The position numbers were made by a program, and so were the translations under genes. Shown piece by piece: positions 1-19,900 of a DNA stretch of 64,000 bases. How positions within the stretch are numbered: position 1 is the stretch's first letter; every line of letters begins with the position of its first letter. The DNA is taken from NCBI RefSeq assembly GCF_009914755.1, contig NC_060931.1; one strand, 5' to 3'. This DNA is from the human T2T-CHM13v2.0 reference genome, Homo sapiens. A model generated the notes under the pieces. The model was not told where the DNA came from. It worked only from the letters and a program-made list of their open reading frames with translations, and did not search any database.

Positions 1-1
1 C

Positions 2-368
<367 letters not shown>

Positions 369-1033
369 TGCTTTCATTTCTATATTGTTTTACGTAACAT
401 GTAATATTTTATTTATAATACAATGAAAATAATATTTTCTATGTTAGTTGTTTTTAACTTTATAGAAAGTATCAGATGCGATCTTTTGAGACTTACTCAT
501 TTCAATGACTCTTATTTTGCATAGATTAAAATTTGCTAACATTGAGAATTGCTAAGAATAAGTCTGAAGTTTCAGAGGAAGCCAGGGATAAGTTCTGAAG
601 TTTCAGAGGTGTACCAGCTGGTGCATGAACTCTCCTCTTAGTCCAGCAGAGGGTGCAGAGCTCCCATCGGAGCAGGTGCTGTGCTGTACAGGATTATGCA
701 TGGCAGAAATTCATGGAACCAAAGGACATTAGAAAAAAGATGGGACAAGGAACTCAAATCATGGTTCCAATATACTGTTGACCAAAAGGACCAGACCACA
801 ACCAGATCCAACTAGACAGAGAAAACAAAATCGGGGAACGGAAGCCTAGAGAAATTGCTATGGGGGCTAGAATATAAAGGTTTGTACTGTCTTATATGAG
901 ATCTGAAATCTTACCCCAAAATGGGAAAGAAGCTCTTAGATAGTACTAAGTTTATGACACCTGGTTTATGACACCCTCATGTTGTTTTCTCAGTTTGGTT
1001 AGAAAGTCCATTGCTGCTCTTATTGTAAGGTGA

Positions 1034-1312
<279 letters not shown>

Positions 1313-1734
1313 TAATTAGCAGTCTTAGAGATTATCTGAAAAACCAAGGATCATGTTCCAAGGTGATATGTATTGGAAAGATCAATTTTTATGTGTTACG
1401 TGAGCTGCCTTCTGAAGATAGAATGGTAGTACTTTATCACTGAGTTGTCATCCATGGAATCTCTGAAGATAGGAAGGAGACAGCATGAATAAAATGTATT
1501 AGTATCACAGGAAAATTCCATCAAGAGAGCATTAGTAAATAAGAAAGTATGAAATTGGGAACTGAATATTAAGGAACAGCCTCAACACAAGGACCATTGT
1601 TTGCACTATCAGTAAGTCCGTGATGGATTCTATCTTGTTTCTCTCCTTTGGCTGGGAGTGTGCCCTGTGACTCTGGGATCTCCTTAAGCATGGGATGATG
1701 TGACAAAGAGGTTCTCTTTTCCCTTATCATATAA

Positions 1735-1956
<222 letters not shown>

Positions 1957-2859
1957 TAATCTACTGGCTCTTAAAGGGGATTTGAGGAAAATAGTACTAC
2001 AGGTTGGCACTAACTGCAGCAGAAGGATAAAAAAGTCTTGTATCATAGCCTTAAAAAGCAGGGTATCAATCAAGGTGAGGGTGCATTGGAAGGGATATGT
2101 ATATACTGAAAGATTTTATTCTTGGAAACTCACCAACAAAGTGAGAAGATTTGTTAAAGTTTCTATGGTGCTGCCATGACTTCTGTTCTATCCTATATAG
2201 GATAGGACAATTGGAATTTGTTGGTATTTTATTTCAGTTAATACAAGGGAAATCCCTCATAGGTATGGAGGAACAAGGAGAAAGAATTTAAAGAGGCTTA
2301 GGCCAGTGATCTCAACATTTCTTTCCCCTTGTTACAACATTCTACCTTTCTATGAAGAGTTTGGAGGACTTGCCAACTACTTCTCATGACTCATTCCACC
2401 TTTAGGCTCGTCTACCCAAAATAGTATTTTCGATGGGCAAGTACATGGAAGTGGGTTCAAATTCCCCCCTAAGGAGGTGTTTATGATGGTAGCAGAAGCA
2501 AGTAGGGTGAGATGTCCTTTCTTTTAATAAAGTAATCTTAAGTTGAAATATTTCCAATTGAGTGGTTTAGCTCTTAATAGGTTCATTAGAATAACTTCCT
2601 AATGATAATTTTAGCTCCAATTCTTGACTTTGTCTTTAACCCAGGAAGGATTAACAGTCAAACCTTCAAAGTATTTTATCCCTGGGCTTTTCTGGCCACT
2701 TGTGATCTAGAGAGAGATGAACTATTTCTAAATGTCTTAAGCAGGTGGCTGGGAGCAGGTGGGTGGGTGCTCTTCATGAAGCTGTGTCCTGGAAGACTTA
2801 CATAGGTAAGAACACTCAGATAACCCAGGAAGCTAGGTTTAAGCACGTATGTCCTTTTG

Positions 2860-3677
<818 letters not shown>

Positions 3678-4330
3678 GGGCTTTTGTCAGTTGACAACCA
3701 GGGTGATGGAGGCTGTGGAGTGTTACTCTCTTTAATGTTTGGCCTCAGAGTTTTCATGAGCCCTACACTGGGTGCATAGAGTGGTCTCATGGAGTCATTC
3801 TATTTAGAGGGGGAGAAATGGGCCTCTTAGGGAGCAAAAGAAAAAAAAGTTCAGGTAACTTTATCCAAAACTCAGTCTCAGTAACGCAGTATAGGATGAC
3901 AAGTCAAAAGATGACGTGTATGTCTTTCACATCTTCCAAATTACATGGAAAATGAACAAAATGAATGCCGACCATTGACGGAAAATTTTCATCTCTGGGT
4001 CCATGGAAAATTAGATTTTTCTTCTAATGGGTTATTTTTTTACTCTTGGATAAAATCTGCTAAAAACCATCGTCATAATTTATTTGCACAATGTATGTCA
4101 AAGAACAAATAGAGGTCACTAATCTTTGGGATAGGGAAAATAAAACAAATGTTGATGGTGGAAACATTACAGATAAAACTGGACAAAAAATGTTAAAATT
4201 AAAATTCATACAAGCACATGGAAAGGAAATGATGGATTACAGACCATGGTGGCAGGCAATGTGGCTTATAAGGCAATGGATTTTTTTTTAGTAGTAGTAC
4301 AACTTATATTATTTCCCAAATAAAATATGA

Positions 4331-4759
<429 letters not shown>

Positions 4760-5006
4760 GATAGACACCAAATTTAAACTCTGCCACTTGTTTGCAATTC
4801 TACATTGGGAAAGTCATATAATCCTTGATATTGTTTTCTCATGTATAAAATGAAGGAGTAGGATTAGTATCTTTTCAGTTCTAGAAATGCTTTGATATTC
4901 TCCAAGTTGGAGGAAGTGGCTAGTTTCATCTGGGAAACTTATTGTAAGAGAACTTCTGAACTATGATGGAAAGAAATATTCAGCCATTCCTTCCATTTTC
5001 TCCTAG

Positions 5007-5162
<156 letters not shown>

Positions 5163-5279
5163 TGAGTTTCCTGATTCTCAAAGACTCCCTTTCTGATTGT
5201 AGTTTCACTTGACTTTGTTTGTGGTAGCAAGGTTAGTTAGGATCTTGTTGTTACGTAATGTGCCATTGTCCTGTATTAG

Positions 5280-5423
<144 letters not shown>

Positions 5424-6356
5424 TGAAAGGGGGTATTGCACTTGTCCTCATGGTTCTATAGCTGGATAAGTTGGTTCCTATCTATGACTGCATTTATATC
5501 AAAATATGAATATAAATGAGAGAGCTCATGAAAGTTTAGAAATTTTTTAAAAAGTAGTAAATCTTGGTCCCATTGCCCCACCAAACAAAACAATTTTCAT
5601 GTTGTAAAATTGCCTTAAAATTAAAGCCTAAGTCCTTAGGCATATGGCTGCAGCATTGACAATGGCTTTAAATACTTTGGGGTGTATGTGCTGAACATCT
5701 GTCTATAGTTTCCTTTGTCCAGAGCGGGTGTGCTCTTGGATTGGGTTAGGCTGGGCTGCGAAGAGAGAATACCTGTGGAGAAGAAAAGGGAGGGAGAGAG
5801 GAGTGCTGGGCAAAGGGAAGGCGATGCTCTGAAGTCCAACTATGAAGGACCATGTGTATCCTATTAAGTGTGATTGGGAGCAGGGGTAAGTGGCAAAGTG
5901 TGGGACAAGGATCAGGAAGGATTATGCTGATCTGCTTGTAAACATGAAATATTGCCAATGTAGCCATGTCAAAGGCCCTTTGAGCTGTTGTTATAGCCAC
6001 ACTATCTGATGACAGGTCCTGCTAACCAACCAGTGGCCCTGCTGGGAGGCTTTCCTGGGGCCTGGCTGGCTCACTGTCCTCCCAACTGTCAAATTATGTG
6101 ACTAACTCAGTGAATGGACTTTCTCTGCTTCTCTTAGAAAGTGCAGCAGCATTGAGCAAAACAAATCATTTTTAGCTACATTCTGCTTTGGGTAAATTGC
6201 TCAACCTTTATGTGTCTGTGTTTTCCTTTGTAGAATGGGATGATCTCAACCATCTCTCAGGATTGTTCAGATAGGCACATGTAATGATGCCTGGAGGTGT
6301 TTTGTAAACTGTAGAGAGGGGTATGCTAATGCTACTCATTATTGTTGTTTACCTAG

Positions 6357-6413
6357 GGTGTGGACGAAGTGAAAGCATACATACCTGATGCCACCTGGTA
6401 TGACTATGAGACA
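6357..6413 (+). CDS. MGAM2: Exon
   Basis: cctag|GGT..ACA|gtaagt; 57 nt; GVDEVKAYIPDATWYDYET. Confidence 0.92.
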
Positions 6414-6554
6414 GTAAGTAAGGCAGCCCTGGTTGGCTCACAGACCTGCCTCTAGCAGAGGGCAATTCTAAAGCAGCAGTCTTGGGAGCTTGCCATAGAA
6501 TAATAGTACAAGATTTATAGTTAGTTGATTGTGGTCCTTTTTCTGTGAGAAAGG

Positions 6555-6841
6555 CATCTTAGTTGGTTCAGGATGGTGCAACAAAACACCTTACACTGGG
6601 TAATTTATAAACAACACAAATTTATTGCTCACGGTTTTGGAGGCTGGCAAGTCCAAGATCAAGGTGCTGGCAGATTCCGTGTCTGGTGAAGGCCCTCTCT
6701 GCTTCACTGATGGCACCTCCTTGCTCCTCCCTCATGACTTAATCACCTCACAAAAGTCTTCCCACCCCTTAATACTATCACTCTGGGTATTAAGTTTCAA
6801 CATATAAATTTTGAGGGTACACCAGCATTCAGACCATAGCA
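6555..6841. mobile_element. MLT1A-type MaLR LTR
   Basis: aaatttattgctcacggttttggaggctggcaagtccaagatcaaggtgctggcagattc...cattcagaccatagca. Confidence 0.8.
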
Positions 6842-7203
6842 GAAGGCCTTTCCAAATGTACAATGAAATAATTTGAATAACTGGAGTAGGTTTATGGAAA
6901 TTCATTATATCAACCTGGCTATTGTGTAGCTATCAAGACTGGGCTTTGTCATTTGGCTGTGGTAGCCTAGCAATTGAAGCCCAGGTGTGGAATGACAGCT
7001 TGATGTAATGTAAATAAATAAAGGGGATTGGAGTGTCAGCTCTGCCCTCTACTACCCATATGCTTTCAGCAAGTCACTTCACTTTGGGGTTCTCTGTTTG
7101 TCTCTTCTTTAAAATATGTCAACTGAATGAGATGATACCTAAGGCCCCTCCTAGCTGAAACAGCTTATTACCTGATCTATCTTTTGTTGTTGTTGCTGAT
7201 TAG

Positions 7204-7329
<126 letters not shown>

Positions 7330-7699
7330 TAAGCTCCTTACTCTTCTAAGGTATGACTATTCTGGTGCTCTAATGGAGCAGGGCATTATGAGAAAGACAA
7401 ATAGGGATTTTTGTGGATGAGCCAAGGGATAAGTCACCCATCAGTAATCTTCCCCCACTCCTTTCAAAATTGATCCAAAATTGGCATCTTAGTCCCTATT
7501 TAGTAGATGGTAGTCTGCTAAGGACATCTGCAGAGTGTTTCACTTTGGGATTGAATCAGATTATAGGACTAGTCAAAGTAATCACTGAGGAGGATTTCCC
7601 TATGGCCAGAAATTGTCCTTAGGTATATTCCCTACCGTGTGAGAGAATTTGAGTTAAATAGGAGATAAATGTTATCACGTGGAAGCCAACACCGTTTGG

Positions 7700-7935
7700 G
7701 GGTCAAGAGCTCAGATTCTACAGAACCTGGGTTCAAGCCTTGGTTTGGGCTACATACTAGATGTGTTTACCTTGGGTAACTTACTTCTCTGTGCTTCTGC
7801 TTATTATTGGTAAACTGGAGATGATGATAGTTTAACTTTGTAGAGTTATTATGAGGGTTAAATGAATTAATATAAATGATAATGTGTGCGGGACACTTAG
7901 AAGAGTGCCTGGCACATGGTAAACACCTAATGAGG
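7700..7935. mobile_element. MIR
   Basis: cctgggttcaagcc...ccttgggtaacttacttctctgtg...agtgcctggcacatggtaa; boundaries approximate. Confidence 0.65.
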
Positions 7936-8171
7936 CTAATTGTTGGTATTATGTATTGCAACCCAAACAGTTGCCTGTAGGAACTGCCTCTGTCCACCCT
8001 TCCCTTTATGTCCACTCACTATCAACCCCTGCTGCCTGCCCACACCCAGCTCCCATGTGTCCACCCAATATCAACATCTACTCAGTTTCTGGTATAGACT
8101 CTTGGATTATCTGTCCCTGGGGGATGAAGGTGGCTGGTTTCACATAGTTCCATCTCATCTACATTCTCTGA

Positions 8172-8330
<159 letters not shown>

Positions 8331-9024
8331 TGAAAATTAGTCATCATAGGCTGCCCAATATGGCACTAACCCTATTAGCACTGTCGTTTACATCTGTAGC
8401 TGAGAATCAACGGGTTAAAATCCATTCTGAAAATTCCATTAGCCAGGCACAATGCATTAAAATAGACTTCAAATGCACAAATTATGTGTTACTGACTCTA
8501 CCAAAGCAACTGGCATTATTTCATTTAGCTTAATTATTCTCTTCCTTGGATATTAATTATTAATAACAGATAATACACTTTTTAATAGCTTTGGAAAATA
8601 CTGCTTTGGTTTGTGGAAGAAATATCTAATTTGTATTGTATGTCTTTTCACTGTAAGGTTTCCATGTAAACACCTCACATGAACTTATGTGATTATATAA
8701 AAATCCTGTCCTACATGGAATTAGTATGTATTGTGTAGGCCTTGAGGAACTCATGATCCAGCAGGATAGATACAATGCACACATAGATAAATACAATGCA
8801 AATCAAAATGTTTTACATGCCAGCGAAATGGTACCACAGACTGACATGTGAATTTAGAGAAAATGGTCCAGGAAATATTTGCAGAAGTTTGAAAAAAATG
8901 CACAGAACTCAGATGAGCAGAACTAGATGGTTGGTAAAGGAATTCCAGATGAAATGAAGAGAAGAGCAGGACTCCCTGGCTGATTGGCTTCCCATAGTAA
9001 CCGGTACTCCTCTTTCTTTTTTAG

Positions 9025-9074
9025 ATGCTGTGACTGAAAAGAAGTATATTCTATATGATTTCTCTGTTACCTCT
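9025..9074 (+). CDS. MGAM2: Exon
   Basis: ttttag|AT..TCT|gtaagt; 50 nt; DAVTEKKYILYDFSVTS. Confidence 0.88.
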
Positions 9075-9789
9075 GTAAGTATTTTGTTTGAGGAACACAC
9101 AGCATATGTTCCTTGCTGGGAAGGCTCTTTGAGTTTTTAGTTTAATATAGACACATGGTTATGTGCAGCAGAGACAGGGTTTTACTGTCATGATTCCAAA
9201 AAGGAATCAAATGAACATGAAAGTGTTTAATGTGTGTCAGGCTTATAAGCTGCTACAAAACCAGTATGAGTTCTGTGCAGAACTTTTTTTTTCCTGGAAA
9301 AAAAAACATTACCTTTGAGTTTTATGTGATGGGTGCTGGCTTCCAAGATGTGCCTTTTTTGAGGTTTGCAAGTGTATATGAGGTGTGAGTGGGTTAGTGA
9401 GTGGTATGGCACCTTTTTAAGGTTCTTCCATAATGGCTGTCCTTTGTAGCACGTAAAACTTGGCCTTTGGCACGGGTATAAAGTAGCGGCTTTTAAAGGC
9501 TGGAAGATACAGAACATCACTTGCCTCATATCTATTTCCCAAGGGGACTGAGAGAAGAAAAAGCAGCAAGGCCAGCAGAAAATGAGGGAATTCTGACTTG
9601 ATTTTCTTAGAAGCCTGATCATATATGGGCAGAACTTTCTTTTGAGGCGGTCTCTCTCTCTTTCTTTTTTCTCCTTTCTTTTAAATGTGTATATATGTAT
9701 CTGTACCTATACATATAAAAATGGATCTACTTTAAGATATAGAATATATATAATTTATATATAAGGTATAAAAAATATATATCTTAAAG

Positions 9790-11230
<1,441 letters not shown>

Positions 11231-11925
11231 TCATTTGGGCATATATGTATGCGACTTCTAATTTTTTAAGTTATCAAACTGCTACTTTTTTCTTCAGTCT
11301 TAATTTCTACCTTCTTCTTTGTCATAGCTCAACTGTGTCACCTTTGTTCCCTAAATAAGTTATTTAATTTTCTGTGTTTCAGTCTCCTCCTCTGAAAAAC
11401 GAGGGTAATTATAGCTTCAACCTCATAGCCTGCCGTGAAAACTGAATGAAGTAATACATGTCAAATGCTTAGCACAGTGCCTGTCACATAATACACACTC
11501 AGATTATTCTTAGCTCTTATCATCATTATTAGTAAAATAAAAGGAAGAAAATTACTTGGGCCCTTTTGGTGTATATGTGTATGTCTTTATCTTTGTGTGC
11601 CAATGAGGCTCTTATCTTTTTGTTTACTGTGTGAGTACCTATCTCGTCTGCTTGAAAATTCTACAGTGTCAGGGACGTATTTTCCGATTAATAGAATCAG
11701 TAAAGAACCAGTGAACAAAAGCAAAGATGAAATATTACTTAAAAATTTAAGATTGATAAGAGTCTGAGTGAACGAGTTCCCTAGGGATGATGACCTAGCA
11801 ACATTTGAAACTGCAGAGAAAAGGAAACAGCTTGGATCACAGAAATTGAGACATTGACTGGTATTTGGGGATAATAAGGGTCTGAAGTACCTGGTTTCCA
11901 ATCTGACTTTTTTTTCCCCTCCCAG

Positions 11926-12093
11926 AACCATCTACAAGCAAAGATTATAAATAATAATTATATGGACACTGACAACCTCATGTTCACAGATATCACAATC
12001 TTGGGAATGGACAAACAGCCAGCTAATTTTATCGTCCTACTGAATAATGTTGCCACCTCCAGTCCAAGCGTTGTCTACAATGCTTCCACAAAG
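11926..12093 (+). CDS. MGAM2: Exon, end of module 1
   Basis: cccag|AAC..AAG|gtaaga; 168 nt; NHLQAKIINNNYMDTDNLMFTDITILGMDKQPANFIVLLNNVATSSPSVVYNASTK. Confidence 0.9.
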
Positions 12094-13167
12094 GTAAGAG
12101 ATCCTTCCATTCTGCAGGGCCCTTTCCAGAGGCCTTGGCTCTGACAGCCAGCCCTACTTTGCTCTTTTAACTGTGGGCAGTCAGACACAACTGACTTGCT
12201 GGGAGGTCCAACACATCACAGAAAGGATGCAGGAGAAACGTGTGCATGCTAAAGAAAGACCTCTCTGCTTTGTTTGTATCAGGGCTCTGAAGAAAATAGC
12301 GGGAGTCGGAACCCCGAGAGAAGGAAGTTCTTCTCTGGGCGCAGTTAAAATGAGACACTCTGATCCCAGCTGTGACATAGTGAATAGATTGTGCAATGGG
12401 TATTTACACATTGGTCCTCTCATTGAAGGGAGAATCTCTTTGAGAAACAGTTGATATTTGTCCTTACCGTTTTAGGCTATTTTCATACCATTAATAAAAT
12501 GTGAGTGGAGTAACGCAAGGAGAAATCCAGTTTTGCTCTTACTGAATGATTCCCTTACACTGTTAGTTGAATATTTCAAGTTCTGGGAAATTTGTTATTT
12601 CTTAGATCAGCCCCCTTCCATGTTGACAAGACCTATAGCATAGAATAAGAGTTTGATTTCTAGAGTTAGGCAGAATGGGGCTCCAATCTCAGCTCTTAGG
12701 GTATTAGGTGTCTCTGTATCTTAGTTTTCTGTTCTGTAAAATGGAGATAGTCAAAACATTCACAGCATGGAACTGCTGTCTAGGATTAATGGAGATCATG
12801 CTTATAAAGTGGTTATCACAGTGCTTGGCTTGTATGAATGCTCCATAAACTTTAGCTATTGTTGTTATTACTACTTTTATTAAATTGGTAAGCATCACAC
12901 CCAGAGGACAGTAAGCCTAACCATGACAGTCCTGCCTGTGATCTGCACTCATTAGCATGATGAAAACTCTTCCCATCCAACACTTCCACAATGACTCCAT
13001 GAAGTGAGAAAACCCAGGAATCAGCCAAGTTCTGAATATCTCATGGCAAAATGGTTTTGGAGGAAGGAATAGATGCCCTTGTCCTGACTTCCAGACTTCC
13101 AGCCAAGAACTCTTTCTGGGTGGCTTTCCCTCCCTTCCTTTGTCACTGTGACTGTCTCTTTCCCCAG

Positions 13168-13323
13168 GTGGTAACCATCACTGATCTCCAAGGACTGGTA
13201 CTGGGACAAGAATTCTCTATTAGGTGGAATCTTCCTGTCAGTGACCTGGAGAAGTTCAACTGCTACCCTGATGATCCAACAGCCTCTGAGGAGAGTTGTA
13301 GGCAGCGGGGGTGTCTTTGGGAG
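13168..13323 (+). CDS. MGAM2: Exon, module linker and start of trefoil (P-type) domain
   Basis: cccag|GTG..GAG|gtaaat; 156 nt; VVTITDLQGLVLGQEFSIRWNLPVSDLEKFNCYPDDPTASEESCRQRGCLWE. Confidence 0.92.
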
Positions 13324-13843
13324 GTAAATGACCAGAAACAGATTACCTCATTGATTAGGAAGTAATTAGGCACCTAGAAAACACTTTTCAAATGTCTGTG
13401 GCTTGAAGAAAACCAGGACCCTGTGCAACACGCCTTTTGCCAACTCTACATGATAGGTCATCAGTATTTTCCTCAGACATCCCAAATCAGAAGAAACTTA
13501 TTGCCATTCTCATTGCCACTCCAACCATATCATTAAAAACCCAATTTTAAACATAATAATGTACATTGGGTATGCATTATGCATTGTCTATTTTAACCAA
13601 TCTTGTTTTGTCTGTTGGAGAACACAAGCAGGAAGGGTAAGGTCAGGCTGTTCCTGTCTATTTGAACAACAGAGAAAATGGAAACTAGGAAGCCAAGTGA
13701 TTTCCTCTAGATTACATGGGAGGCAATAAGAACACTGGGAGTAGAACCCTGCCTGGAGGCTCCTGTCTCCCTATCAAACTTCCTGGTGCTCTGTCACGGT
13801 TCACTCATTATAGAAGGTCAGTGTGTGTGTTTAAAAAAATGGA

Positions 13844-14232
13844 TGTGTTCATTTGCTAGGGTTACCATAACAGAGTACCACAAACTGAGTGGCATAGAAT
13901 GACAGGAATTTATTCCTTCAAAATTCTGGAGTCTAGAAGTGGGATCATGGTGTCAGTGGAGCTGGTTCCTTCTGAGGACCTTGAGGGTATTTCTTTGCTT
14001 GTAGATGCATCATCCCACTCTCTGTCTTCATAGTCACATGTGTACATGTCTATCTCTGTGTCCAAATTTTCCTTATTAATAAGGATACCAGTAATACCGG
14101 ATCAAGGCCTATCCCAATGACCTCATCTTAATTTGTTCATTGCAGAAACCCTACTTCCAAATAGTCACATTTACAGGTATCAGGGGTTAGGACTTAACAT
14201 CTTTTTTAGGGGACACAATTCAACCCATAACC
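13844..14232. mobile_element. MLT1B/C-type MaLR LTR
   Basis: gctagggttaccataacagagtaccacaaactgagtggc...ggacacaattcaacccataac. Confidence 0.8.
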
Positions 14233-14256
14233 ATGGACATGGTATTAGAGACTTAG

Positions 14257-14940
<684 letters not shown>

Positions 14941-15203
14941 TGAAACAGCTTTTCATCCAAATCCCTCATGTTATGGATGAGGGAGCTAAGGCCTGTAGAG
15001 AGGTAAAGGTCGGAAAGTAGACGGTAAAGCCAGGATGTGGCCTTAGATCTATGAGGACCATGAATTCCCTATAATGATGAGTATTCTAGGTCATAAACAT
15101 CATCAAAGAATCATCATTTAGCCCTGAGAAAAATGGATCTGCTTTGTGGCAAACTCACATGAGAGGCATTAACTTAATTCTAATATTAGAATTATTTTCT
15201 CTA

Positions 15204-16195
<992 letters not shown>

Positions 16196-16218
16196 AGGAC
16201 TTTAGAAAACCTTCACCT

Positions 16219-16516
16219 GGCAAGGTGTGGTGGCTCACACCTGTAATCCCAACACTATGGGAGGCCGAGGCAGGTGAGGTCAGGAGATCAAAACCATCCT
16301 GGCCAACATGGTAAAACCCCGTCCCTACTAAAATACAAAAAATTAGCCAGGCCTGGTGGTGCGCACCTGTAGTTCTAGCTACTCAGGAGGCTGAAGCATG
16401 GGAATCACTTGAACCTGGGTGGTGGAGATCGCAGTAAGCCGAGATCGCACCACTGCACTCCGAGCTGGCGACAGAGTGAGAATCCATCTAAAAATAAAAA
16501 TAAAAAAAAAGAAAGA
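16219..16516 (+). mobile_element. Alu (AluS-type) with 15-bp TSD
   Basis: TSD agaaaaccttcacct at 16204-16218 and 16517-16531. Confidence 0.95.
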
Positions 16517-17144
16517 AGAAAACCTTCACCTAAGCACAAATTTGGGACTAATAATATGACAAAGAGGATAGTCACTCATAATGTTGTAACTCCTTGTCCT
16601 TCCATAACATTTTTCACTCCTTTTATTCTTCCCACACTTCAGTCCTGTTACATAAGTAGGAACAAGGGGTGGATACAGAAGAGAAACTTTAGGAATGGGA
16701 AAGCTGTACAACATCTGGAAGCTCAAACAGTGAGGAGATCTCAGAGTCCATATGAAAACTCAATTCCCTAATTCCTAACATGCATGCACACACACACACA
16801 CAAATTTACACATTTCTATGCACATACATGTCTGCATGCCACACACTTACAAACATATACACACACATTCTATTTATGAAATTCTATCCCCTTCTATCAC
16901 AGATTCTTTAGAAGAAGAGCCCTCCTTGGCTTTGAATGGGTTTTACTGAGGCAATTTTTGAACTTCAGCATCTGTATGGGGCACAGTGGGCAGGCAGGCC
17001 TCACATCCATTCGCTTGGGGATGTTTGATGCCTACTGATATGGTGCAAACTGGTCAAAAACATGGAAACTGAATTATATGGGGTGGCATGAGGGGTTTTA
17101 GGTCTGAGACCCTAACAGAAAGTTTTCTTCTCTCTTCTTGCCAG

Positions 17145-17299
17145 ATCTATGACCCCACTAATAAAAGGTATGAGGTTCCAGTACCACTGAACACCCCTCC
17201 CCAACCAGTTGGTGACCCTGAAAACCGTCTGTATGATGTCAGGATTCAGAACAATCCTTTTGGAATCCAGATTCAACGCAAAAACTCCAGCACTGTGAT
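17145..17299 (+). CDS. MGAM2: Exon
   Basis: gccag|ATC..AT|gtaagc; 155 nt; [52 protein letters not shown]. Confidence 0.93.
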
Positions 17300-18341
17300 G
17301 TAAGCACTATTTATTTGATTCTAATTAGAGTAGTTCTAGATTTAATTACAGCAGTTACAATTAATTCAAGTGAAATATTAATCTCAGAGACTCTATGGAA
17401 ATAGGTGTGCATTTGTTAGAGTATATCTATTTTTCCCATGCTTTAATGGATAATTTGTTTTTGGTTAGTCATTAACAAAAATAATCAATCAAAGTTTAAA
17501 GAAATGAAGTATTGTTTGATTTCAGAGAAAGAAAAATACATGTTCTACTTACTGTTCTTAAGTAGAACAGAAAACTCTAATAAGTACAGCAGATAACCTA
17601 AGATACAAATGAGTTCCATATTATGTCTCATTAAGAAATAATAAGAGGCAGGAGAGAGGGGCAAAGGTTAAAAAGGAGAAAGAAATAGCTTCTTGTAACG
17701 TTTGCTTCTGTGGACACAGAAGCCTTCAAGCCTTTTCACAATGTTAAGCATAAAAGGAATTGTCATCTCCCATCTCTTGTCCTGCTGCTGAATAGAATGA
17801 AGTGAAAGTCTGGATTTTGCCTGGGGTGAGGTTCCCTATCCCAGTAGAAGCTGTCACCTGTGTGTGCACCTTTGCCTTCCTGTGTATGTCTTCTCTCTTG
17901 GGCTGTGTGAGTGATTTCCTCTCTGTTGCCCTCTTTGGTAAGAAGTCCTTTGGCCAACTCAAGAGAAGTTGTTCTAAGAGTTTCATGCTTTTCTATTGGA
18001 AAGTTTGCTTAAACTCTATTTGTTTATTTATATATTTACTCAAGCTGATATTCCAGGCACTGAGAACTTGAAATAAATAGAAGAATGAGTTATGGCCCTT
18101 GCCCACAAGGACCCAGAAAAGGAGCTCTCAGTCTGACAAACCACAGAACAGAAATCTAACATGGAACTTTGGTCCTGAGTCAGGGCCATTGTTATGACCT
18201 GGGTCATGTCACAGTATTTGAACCTGGATCTAAATGTGCAATAATTAAGGAGGCTTTGGAATCAACTAGACATTCCAAACACGTTCCAAGTAGCTCTGGC
18301 CAGTGGTCTCCAGCTCAGCGTGATCTGCTTTTGTGTTGCAG

Positions 18342-18510
18342 TTGGGATTCTCAACTCCCTGGCTTCATCTTCAATGACATGTTTCTCTCCATTTCTACGC
18401 GTCTGCCGTCCCAGTACATCTATGGCTTTGGGGAAACTGAGCACACGACTTTCAGAAGAAACATGAACTGGAACACATGGGGAATGTTTGCTCATGATGA
18501 GCCACCTGCG
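18342..18510 (+). CDS. MGAM2: Exon
   Basis: ttgcag|T..GCG|gtaggg; 169 nt; [56 protein letters not shown]. Confidence 0.93.
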
Positions 18511-18672
18511 GTAGGGACAAAGGAATAAGTTTAGCAATCAGTTTCTCTTTATGTAAATCTCTTTTAATCCTTATGCTTATATATGATACCTTGCTCATCA
18601 ACCTCATCTTATATTGATAAATTCCGCTCTCAGTTGTAATAGAGCACGTGTCACATTCTTTTGTCCCTAAAA

Positions 18673-18675
<3 letters not shown>

Positions 18676-18719
<44 letters not shown>
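18676..18719. repeat. (AT)22 microsatellite
   Basis: Pure alternating AT run. Confidence 0.97.
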
Positions 18720-18721
<2 letters not shown>

Positions 18722-19161
18722 ACAACTGACAGAGGGAAATATGTATATATTTCCCTCTGTCAGTTATGGATTTTATTTATCTCACAAACTTTTAGTTAAT
18801 ATATTCTACTTGTCAGGCACATTGCTAAGTGCTTATCTGTACATTTAATAAGACACTGTCTTTGCTCTCCAGAGACTTATAGGCTAGTGAGAGAAATAGA
18901 CGCAGAAATTGTGATAGCACAGTGGAATCACTGAATTATGTAATAATACATAATTGAATTATATAATAATAAATGAGGAAGGCATGAAGTGGGGAAGACA
19001 CAGCTTTTAACTTGGAGTAGAAGGGAGAGTCAATGAAGGCCCAACAAAGGACATGACATTGAGCTGAATCTTTAATGATGAGTAAGAGTTTGCTGTTTGG
19101 GTTATGGTATGAAAACAATATCTTGCATTTTCTTTTTGTTTATTACCCTCGTGACTCCCAG

Positions 19162-19258
19162 TACAAGAAGAATTCCTATGGTGTCCACCCTTACTACATG
19201 GCACTGGAGGAGGATGGTAGTGCCCATGGAGTGCTCCTGCTAAATAGCAATGCCATGG
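19162..19258 (+). CDS. MGAM2: Exon
   Basis: cccag|TAC..G|gtaagg; 97 nt; [32 protein letters not shown]. Confidence 0.93.
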
Positions 19259-19522
19259 GTAAGGCATAGGCACAGCTCCCATGCACCACCAGAAACAGCT
19301 GTGACCGCTCTATTTTGACCTGGTATCAATAGAAATAGAGACATTCAGGGGGCAAGGGAAATGGAACAAATAAACTGACTTTCCATTTATTCACCTATTT
19401 ATTCAAGATTTATTAAGAACTCTGGATCAGGTGTTAGGCATGGAATTTTGATCAGTTATGGCTCCTACTCTGGCATAGCCTATTTTACTGTGACACTTTG
19501 GCTCCCATTCACAGAGTTATAA

Positions 19523-19900
<378 letters not shown>

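Noticed and set aside
558-609. Short direct repeat ataagt(t)ctgaagtttcagagg, and tttatgacacc repeat at about 951-975
   Set aside because: Two-copy slippage duplications only; no array, spacer structure or CRISPR-like organisation.
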